Origin: Myxococcales bacterium
GTDB lineage: Bacteria > Myxococcota_A > UBA9042
Assembly (NCBI GenBank): GCA_037441385.1
Contig: JBBISH010000065.1
Location: 1 to 35,151 of the forward strand
DNA: 35,151 bases
Direction: 5' to 3'
A program made the translations under genes and the position numbers. Shown here in pieces: positions 29,203-35,151 of the stretch; the first letter of the stretch is position 1, and each line of letters begins with the position of its first letter. The notes below the pieces were generated by a model, which searched no databases, had not been told where the DNA came from, and saw only the letters and a list, made by a program, of their open reading frames with translations.

Positions 29203-31263
29203 CTACTCGCCGCGCAGGGTCAGCACGATCCGCCTTGCCATTTCTGGACCAATCCCAGGCACTTGCGCAATATCGGCCTCGGGCGCGCGGGTGACCCCGG
29301 CCAGCGAGCCAAACGCCTCGAGCAGCGCTTTCTTCCGCTCGGGTCCCACGCCCGGGATCTTTTCAAGCTTGGACTTGAGCGTCCGCTTGTTGCGCCGCTT
29401 GCGGTGCAGGCTGATGGCCAGGCGGTGGGCCTCGTCGCGCAGCTGGGTGAGCAGGTAGATCTCGTTGGAATTCTGCGGCATGACGATCGGGTTCTTGATG
29501 CTGGGCAAGAACACGCGCTCGTCGCTGCGGACACTGGGCCCTTGATCGTCGCTGTCCTGCGTGCGCGCCTTGGCCAGGCTGCACAGCTCCACGTGGTCCA
29601 CGCCCAGGTCGCGAAAGACCTCTTGCGCCATCTTGAGTTGGCCCTTGCCGCCGTCGACCATCACCAGGTCGGGCAGCGGCCAGCCGTGGCTTTGCACGCG
29701 CTCGAAGCGCCGGCTGAGCACCTCGTACATCATCGCGAAATCGTTGGGCGTATCCATCGACGTGATCGAGAACGTCCGGTACTCGCGCGGGGCCAGTGCC
29801 CCGTCGATGGCCACCGACATCGAGCCGGTCGCGTCGGTACCCGAGATGTTCGAGATGTCGTAGCACTCGATTCGTCGCGGCAACTTCTGAAGATGCAATC
29901 GCTTCTGCAGCCCCTGCAGGGTGGCACCCTGGCTGGCGGCCTTGCGGGCCTGCTCCTCGAAGGTCTGGCGGGCATTGTCGGCCGCGGCCTGCAAAAGCTT
30001 TGTCTTGATGCCCCTTTGCGGCGTGATCACCTGCACCTTGCCGCGCCCGCGCTCCTGGCCCGACAGGGCGGCGCGCTGGCGGGCCAGGTCGCCCAGCCAT
30101 TCGCCAAGCACTTCGGGATCATCCAGCGCCACCGGCACCAGCAGCTCGTCGGGCACGCTGTGGCCCGCGTCGTAGAGCCACTGACAAAAGCCGGCGATGA
30201 CCTCGGCGTCTGGCCACTCCTGATCCTTGAGCAGGTGCCCTTGGCTGCCGATCAACACGCCCTCGCGAAAGGTGAGCACGGCCACGCAAGCCCTGGCACC
30301 CTCTCGGTAAAGCCCCACAGCGTCGATGGCTTGCGCGCTCTCGCCGATCGACACGTTCTGCTGCTCCACACTGGTCTGCAGCGCCTTGATATGATCGCGG
30401 TAGCGCGCCGCCCGCTCGAAGTCCTCGCCCTCGGCCGCATCGACCATGCGCTGCTTCAGACGGCCCAGCAATTCGCTGCGCCGTCCCGACAAAAACAGCG
30501 AAACATCGCGCACATGACCGTGGTATTCCTCCACGTCGACCGGCAGCACGCACGGCCCCAGGCAACGGCGGATCTGGTACTCCAGGCACGGCCGCACCCG
30601 GTTCTTGAAGATCGAGTCCGGGCAGGTGCGCAGCTGGAAGTGCCGATTGATTTGCGCCAACGCCTGCCGCGCCATGCTCGCCGAAGCGTAGGGGCCAAAG
30701 TACTGCGCCCCGTCGCGGGCCGGCCGCCGCACCACCTGCAGCCGCGGGTAGTCCTGGTCCGTGGCCAGCCGCAGGTGCAGAAACCGCTTGTCGTCCTTGA
30801 GCTTGACGTTGAAGCGCGGCTGATGGCGCTTGATCAGCTCGTTCTCCAAGATCAGTGCTTCTTTCTCGCTGGCCGTGACGATGACGTCGATCCCGCCCAA
30901 GACCTCGGCCAAACCTGGGACGAAGAAGCGCTCGTCTTGGCCGGCGGCGTACTGACGCAGCCGGCTCTTGAGCGAGGCGGCCTTGCCCACGTAGACGATC
31001 GCGCCGCGGCGATCGCGCATCAAGTAACAGCCGGGCCGATCGGGTGCAGTCCGCAGACGCTCTTCGAATTCAAACGGTTCCGCGTCGATGGCATCGGCGA
31101 CCTGGCCCGGCAGAGCCGCATCGTCGGGTTCCCACACCCACGCGCCGTCGCTCAGCACCACGGAATCCCCGTCGGTGCTGACCGCATCGCTGTCGTTGTC
31201 CAGGAGGTAGCCGCGCAAGTCGGCCGGATCAAACGGCCTGTCCTCGCCGTGCTTGCGCGCCAT
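29203..31263 (-). CDS. uvrC: Excinuclease ABC subunit C
   Basis: PGCYLM..IVYVGKA..LKSRL (GIY-YIG), EALILENELIK, YFGPY, RPCLEYQIRRCLGPC, RIECYDISN, LPDLVMVDGGKGQL, LRDEAHR, HhH IPGVGP/VPGIGP. Confidence 0.97.
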   Translation of the reverse strand: MARKHGEDRPFDPADLRGYLLDNDSDAVSTDGDSVVLSDGAWVWEPDDAALPGQVADAIDAEPFEFEERLRTAPDRPGCYLMRDRRGAIVYVGKAASLKSRLRQYAAGQDERFFVPGLAEVLGGIDVIVTASEKEALILENELIKRHQPRFNVKLKDDKRFLHLRLATDQDYPRLQVVRRPARDGAQYFGPYASASMARQALAQINRHFQLRTCPDSIFKNRVRPCLEYQIRRCLGPCVLPVDVEEYHGHVRDVSLFLSGRRSELLGRLKQRMVDAAEGEDFERAARYRDHIKALQTSVEQQNVSIGESAQAIDAVGLYREGARACVAVLTFREGVLIGSQGHLLKDQEWPDAEVIAGFCQWLYDAGHSVPDELLVPVALDDPEVLGEWLGDLARQRAALSGQERGRGKVQVITPQRGIKTKLLQAAADNARQTFEEQARKAASQGATLQGLQKRLHLQKLPRRIECYDISNISGTDATGSMSVAIDGALAPREYRTFSITSMDTPNDFAMMYEVLSRRFERVQSHGWPLPDLVMVDGGKGQLKMAQEVFRDLGVDHVELCSLAKARTQDSDDQGPSVRSDERVFLPSIKNPIVMPQNSNEIYLLTQLRDEAHRLAISLHRKRRNKRTLKSKLEKIPGVGPERKKALLEAFGSLAGVTRAPEADIAQVPGIGPEMARRIVLTLRGE

Positions 31264-31278
31264 CGCGGGTCGAGTCGG

Positions 31279-33414
31279 CTACTTGGCCGGGGCAGCCGGC
31301 GCTTCGGGCTTGCTGGGCGGCGGCAGGTCGATCTTGATCGGCGCGCCCCCAGCCGGGGCGCCGGCCTTGACGTTGCCCAGATCGATCTTGATCGGCTGGC
31401 CCGCGCCGGCCGGCTGATCGCCCATCTTGACTTCCAGGCCACCGGGAGCGGCGGCCTTGTCGCCCTTGTCGCCGGCCTTCTTCTGCTCGTCGGCCAGGCG
31501 GGCGGTCTCTTCCTTGATCTTCAGCGCCAGGGCCGAGGTCGGCTTGACCTTGCCCGCGGCCGTGGCCTCGGTGACCAGCTTGACCACGTAGGCGCGGTAG
31601 GCTTCGCGCCGGCGCAGCTGGGTCAGGCTCTTGCCAAGCATGTCCTTGGACTTCTGCTCGGCGGCGGCGTCGGTGGCCTTGGCGGCGGCCAGGCGCACCA
31701 CGTAGCGGGTCTTGCCGTCTTCGCTCTTGAACACTTGGCCAGCCAGCGGCGCGCTGTCCTTCAAGGCCCAGGCGGCCTTGGCCAGCTCGGGGTTGTGGCC
31801 CACGCCCGGCACATCGTCGGGGCTGTCGTTCTTGGGCAGCCCGCCGAACAGCGCCGACAGATCCTGCAGCGATTCCATCGGGCTCTTGCCCAGCGGCGGG
31901 GTCTCGCTGACGCTCAGCGCGTCCTCGCCCAGGCCCTGCTTCTTGGCGTAGGCCTTGACGACTTCGGCCAGGGGCGAGGTGGCGGTGGCCTGCGCGGCCA
32001 GCAGGACGGCGTTGGCGATGTTGTCCATCTCCTTCTCGCCCTTCTCTTTTTGCACCAGGCTGCGCGCGATCTCGCGGTTGGCGACGTCTTGCGGCGTGAC
32101 CTTGCCGGGCAGCTTCTTCTCCACGACCAAGAGCCACCAGCCCTTTTTGCCCTGCACCGGGCCCACCAATTGCATCTCGCCAGCGGCCGAGACCGCGTCG
32201 CGCACTTCGGGGCCAAACGGCTGACGCGCCAGACCTTCGGCGTCGTAGTCGTCCACGTACTTGCCACCCTCGTCCTTGTAGATCGAATCTTCGGACTTCT
32301 CTTTGGCGACCTTGCTGAAGTACTGGAGCAAACGCTGATTTTTCTCGTCGCCCGTCACCTGTGTGGCCGTCTTGGGCTCGCCCACCGCTGGTGCCGGCTT
32401 GTCGGGATCGTCGCTCTTGGGCGCAACGGGGTCCAGCAACACGTCGCCATTCCAAGCCTTTTGCAGGTCGGCCTTGATGGCTTCGGCCGCGCCGCGCTTG
32501 GCCGCGAGTTGGTCGGCGGCTTCCTTCTTCTTCGCCTCGTCGGCGCCTTCGTCGGCAGCGGCGGCGGCGACCAAGATGCCGCGCACGTTCCACTTATCCG
32601 GCACTTTGTACTTGCCTTCCTGGGCCTTGTACTCGGCCGCGATCGCATCGGCATGAGCGCTCGCGTAGGCATCGGCCTCGGCGTCGGTCACCGTCACGGC
32701 CTTGGCCGCGCTGGCGGCGTCCAGGGCCAGCACTTCCAGGCGCGGACGCTTGGCATCGGCGTTGTACAGCGCCTCCACCTCTTGCGGAGCGGCAACGATG
32801 CCCTGGGTCACGACCATCGCCATCTTGTCGCGCAAGATCTCGCGGCGCAAAAAGTCCTCCAGCGCGCCCTTGCTGGTGCCCAGACCATAGCGCACAAAGC
32901 GATCGTAGCGCTGGGGATCGAAATTGCCGTTCTCGTCGGCCATGTCCGAGCCGTTGGCCCGCTGCAGGGCCACCACGCGGCGCGCGAGTTCGATGTCGCT
33001 GACCGACAGCCCGTGGGCCTTGGCGTCCTGGCTGACCAGCACCGACTCCACCAGCTCGGCCATGACCTTCTCGATCTTGGTGGCCGGCACGGTCTGGTGC
33101 GGCGTCAGCGTCACCATCTCGGGCATGCCGCCCGAGCGCCAAAAGCGTGTCCCTTCGTAGGTTTGCTTGGCCTGGAACTTCTGGAACTGGTCCAGCGCGG
33201 CCGGCGGCGGATCCGCCGACAGCAGCATCGCCAGGTTCAGCTCACCGTTGTCGACGGTGGTGCCCGCGACGTCGGCCATCGGTTCGTTTTCGATGTCCTT
33301 GGCTGCGCCGACCCGCGAGGCGGTGTTGAAGGTCAAGATGAACACGGCAATCAGGATGCCAAAAAGCACATAGATCAGCGTAGATCGACTGTGCCGGCGC
33401 ATATCCTCGAGCAT
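31279..33414 (-). CDS. PpiD-like membrane-anchored periplasmic chaperone (SurA N-terminal domain + degenerate parvulin)
   Basis: AAGGAG RBS; MLEDMRR..LIYVLFGILIAVFILTF; GLSVSDIEL; NGNFDPQRY; FSKVAKEKSED..DEGG; VGPV. Confidence 0.85.
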   Translation of the reverse strand: MLEDMRRHSRSTLIYVLFGILIAVFILTFNTASRVGAAKDIENEPMADVAGTTVDNGELNLAMLLSADPPPAALDQFQKFQAKQTYEGTRFWRSGGMPEMVTLTPHQTVPATKIEKVMAELVESVLVSQDAKAHGLSVSDIELARRVVALQRANGSDMADENGNFDPQRYDRFVRYGLGTSKGALEDFLRREILRDKMAMVVTQGIVAAPQEVEALYNADAKRPRLEVLALDAASAAKAVTVTDAEADAYASAHADAIAAEYKAQEGKYKVPDKWNVRGILVAAAAADEGADEAKKKEAADQLAAKRGAAEAIKADLQKAWNGDVLLDPVAPKSDDPDKPAPAVGEPKTATQVTGDEKNQRLLQYFSKVAKEKSEDSIYKDEGGKYVDDYDAEGLARQPFGPEVRDAVSAAGEMQLVGPVQGKKGWWLLVVEKKLPGKVTPQDVANREIARSLVQKEKGEKEMDNIANAVLLAAQATATSPLAEVVKAYAKKQGLGEDALSVSETPPLGKSPMESLQDLSALFGGLPKNDSPDDVPGVGHNPELAKAAWALKDSAPLAGQVFKSEDGKTRYVVRLAAAKATDAAAEQKSKDMLGKSLTQLRRREAYRAYVVKLVTEATAAGKVKPTSALALKIKEETARLADEQKKAGDKGDKAAAPGGLEVKMGDQPAGAGQPIKIDLGNVKAGAPAGGAPIKIDLPPPSKPEAPAAPAK

Positions 33415-33495
33415 GGGACGCTCCTTGAAGCGAAGGTGCGGCGGGCGGCAAGCCCTCCGCGAGGCGCGATATTGAAACGCAAAGTTGTCGCAGGG

Positions 33496-33702
33496 TCAAT
33501 GCGCCGACGGATCGCGGTCGTGGCCGGGATCCTTTTCGGCATCCGACGAGGGATCGCCGCGCAGGATCGCCGCCACTTCGGCCAATTCGGGGGGCAGGTC
33601 GCCAAACACCACCCGGCCATCGTCCAGAATGTGAATGGCCACCTGGGTGCGCGGGCCTGCGGGCGGGGTGTCGCGATCGCCGTCGGTCATCTTGCGGTCC
33701 AT
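33496..33702 (-). CDS. Small hypothetical protein translationally coupled to the L,D-transpeptidase
   Basis: Start overlaps the upstream stop (GTGATG). Ordered core VAIHILDDGRVVFGDLPPELAEVAAIL. Fills the gap between two minus-strand genes. Confidence 0.6.
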   Translation of the reverse strand: MDRKMTDGDRDTPPAGPRTQVAIHILDDGRVVFGDLPPELAEVAAILRGDPSSDAEKDPGHDRDPSAH

Positions 33703-35150
33703 CACAGGCCGCGGGTCGAGCCGGCCTTGTATTCTTTGGCTTCTTCTACCGGCAGCACGCCGTCAAAGAAGGCTTGATCGTAGCCGTAGATATCGGCGCC
33801 AAAGATCACGTTGCCTTCCTCGTCCACCCCCGCCGAAGCGTAGTCGATGTGGACCGACAGCGGGGTCTTCAACTTGACCTCCTTCTCTTCTCTTTCTTGA
33901 ATGATGTCGCGAATTTCTCGACCACTCATCCCTTTGTCGCGCCCCAGGATCAGCTCGGCCAGTTCGACCGGTTTGTGGACGCGGACGCAGCCGTGAGAGA
34001 AGGGCCGACGCGCAAACGAGAATTTCTCGCGGAACGGCGTGTCGTGCAGGTAGATGTTGAAGGCATTGGGGCCCTGGAATTTCACATCGCCCAGCAGGTT
34101 CGACTTGCCCGCCTTCTGGTACCACTTTTCGGTCCCGTCGGCCTGCACCTCGCGGACGTAACCTTCTTTCTCCAAGAAACTTGGGTCCTTGGCCAGCTTT
34201 GGCTGCAGTTCCAGCTCGACCACGCGCGAGGTGGGGAACCACTTGGGCGCCAGGATCACCCGCACCATCTTGTGCGAGAACATCTTGGTGCGGTTGATCT
34301 TGCCCTTGACCGCGCTGACTTGATCGCTGTCCGTGTCGTTGTTGCCCACGATCACCTTGTGCTTGTCGACCACCGCGCCGTGATCGTAGACCCACAGCAT
34401 CTGGAAGGCGATGTTCACGAAAATGTAGAAGTCGTCGTCTGCCGCCATCTTGCCTTCCGACTCGCGGTAGCGCTGCATCGACAACTGAATGAGCTTCAAG
34501 CGCTTCTCGGCGCTCACGTCCAGCTCTTTGTGCACCGTCGCCGTGATCACCCCATCCGGATCCAGTTGGTGGCGGCCCTGGAACAGCTTGACCGCCGCCT
34601 CCAGATCGTCGTCGAAGCGGTCGCCGCTGCCCACGTCGTAGCCTTCGGTCTGCAACCGCTGGCGCAGCGCCACGATGTACGGACCGATCTCGCCCTTCTT
34701 GACCTGCTTGGCCGTCAGCTTGGGCAGCGCCGCCCAGCCACCCGCGTCCACCAGCTTCTTGTAGGTGTCGTAAGCGCCCAGGAGCAAAGCGTATTGCGGA
34801 TGATTCGGCCAATGCTTCTTCAGGCCGTCGCCCAGCTTGCCGTGGTTGTCTTTGAGCACCTTGGCGATCGCTTCGGCATTTTTCTCGGTCATTTTGCGCA
34901 CTTCGGCCGGTGCCGTGTACTTCAGGGGGTGCGCGGGCGTGGCGTAGTCCAAGTCGACCACATAGCGCGCCGTTGCCCGCAGCAATTCCTGATCGGCGGC
35001 GACCAGGGCCTCGCGCGACTTCTGCACCGCTGGCGCCAGCGCCGGTAGGGCCGCATCCAGGGCGCGCAGTCCGTTGTCGCCCAGTTGCTCGGCCCCGGCG
35101 CGCGACAGCGACACCGCACTGCCCTCGCCACCGCGGAGCCACAGCGCCGC
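33702..35150 (-). CDS. L,D-transpeptidase (YcbB/LdtD-like) with peptidoglycan-binding domain, 5'-truncated
   Basis: PG-binding motif LRQRL..FDDDLEAAVKLFQGRHQLDPDGVI; YIFVNIA, VIVG, LGDVKFQGPN, IYLHDTP, catalytic FSHGCVRV. Frame open to the window edge. Confidence 0.93.
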   Translation of the reverse strand, partial: AALWLRGGEGSAVSLSRAGAEQLGDNGLRALDAALPALAPAVQKSREALVAADQELLRATARYVVDLDYATPAHPLKYTAPAEVRKMTEKNAEAIAKVLKDNHGKLGDGLKKHWPNHPQYALLLGAYDTYKKLVDAGGWAALPKLTAKQVKKGEIGPYIVALRQRLQTEGYDVGSGDRFDDDLEAAVKLFQGRHQLDPDGVITATVHKELDVSAEKRLKLIQLSMQRYRESEGKMAADDDFYIFVNIAFQMLWVYDHGAVVDKHKVIVGNNDTDSDQVSAVKGKINRTKMFSHKMVRVILAPKWFPTSRVVELELQPKLAKDPSFLEKEGYVREVQADGTEKWYQKAGKSNLLGDVKFQGPNAFNIYLHDTPFREKFSFARRPFSHGCVRVHKPVELAELILGRDKGMSGREIRDIIQEREEKEVKLKTPLSVHIDYASAGVDEEGNVIFGADIYGYDQAFFDGVLPVEEAKEYKAGSTRGL

Positions 35151-35151
35151 C

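Noticed and set aside
29263..33777. 1504-aa plus-strand ORF (also 17010..19775, 19571..21280, 26352..29294, 33774..35048)
   Set aside because: Mostly antisense shadows of uvrC/ppiD-like, the VKOR fusion, mnmE, the kinase and the L,D-transpeptidase, as expected in high-GC DNA

Overview
High-GC bacterial chromosomal segment. The gene content (PEGA protein with a PVYKTWWFW tail, Pkn-type Ser/Thr kinase, Cys-rich FGE-fold domain, UvrC with DERFFV) resembles Myxococcota/deltaproteobacteria; this is an inference. All credible genes are on the minus strand except one EamA/DMT transporter. The left 12.3 kb is one uninterrupted minus-strand ORF of at least 4118 aa that the ORF track missed because it has no stop in the window. 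It has a signal peptide, a Cys-rich head, 17 tandem plus 1 separate DUF11-type Ig-like repeats, SdrD-B-like domains, an Ala/Pro linker, a degenerate OmpA-like domain and the start of a probable outer-membrane barrel. Its repeats fall into two classes: ten keep a Lys/Asp/Asn isopeptide-type triad and seven have lost all three residues together (one is ambiguous). Upstream lie a Kelch lipoprotein, a PEGA protein, a phosphodiester-glycosidase lipoprotein and an unusual four-domain VKOR-DsbA-FGE-fold-TlpA fusion. Together these are a candidate adhesin plus dedicated oxidative-folding system. The rest is mostly housekeeping or envelope genes: a small wHTH-like protein, mnmE, etfA/etfB, an O-antigen-ligase/TPR protein, transaldolase, a Ser/Thr kinase, EamA, uvrC, a PpiD-like chaperone, a small coupled ORF and a partial L,D-transpeptidase. 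No RNA genes, mobile elements or CRISPR arrays were recognised. All family calls come from manual motif reading, not database searches.
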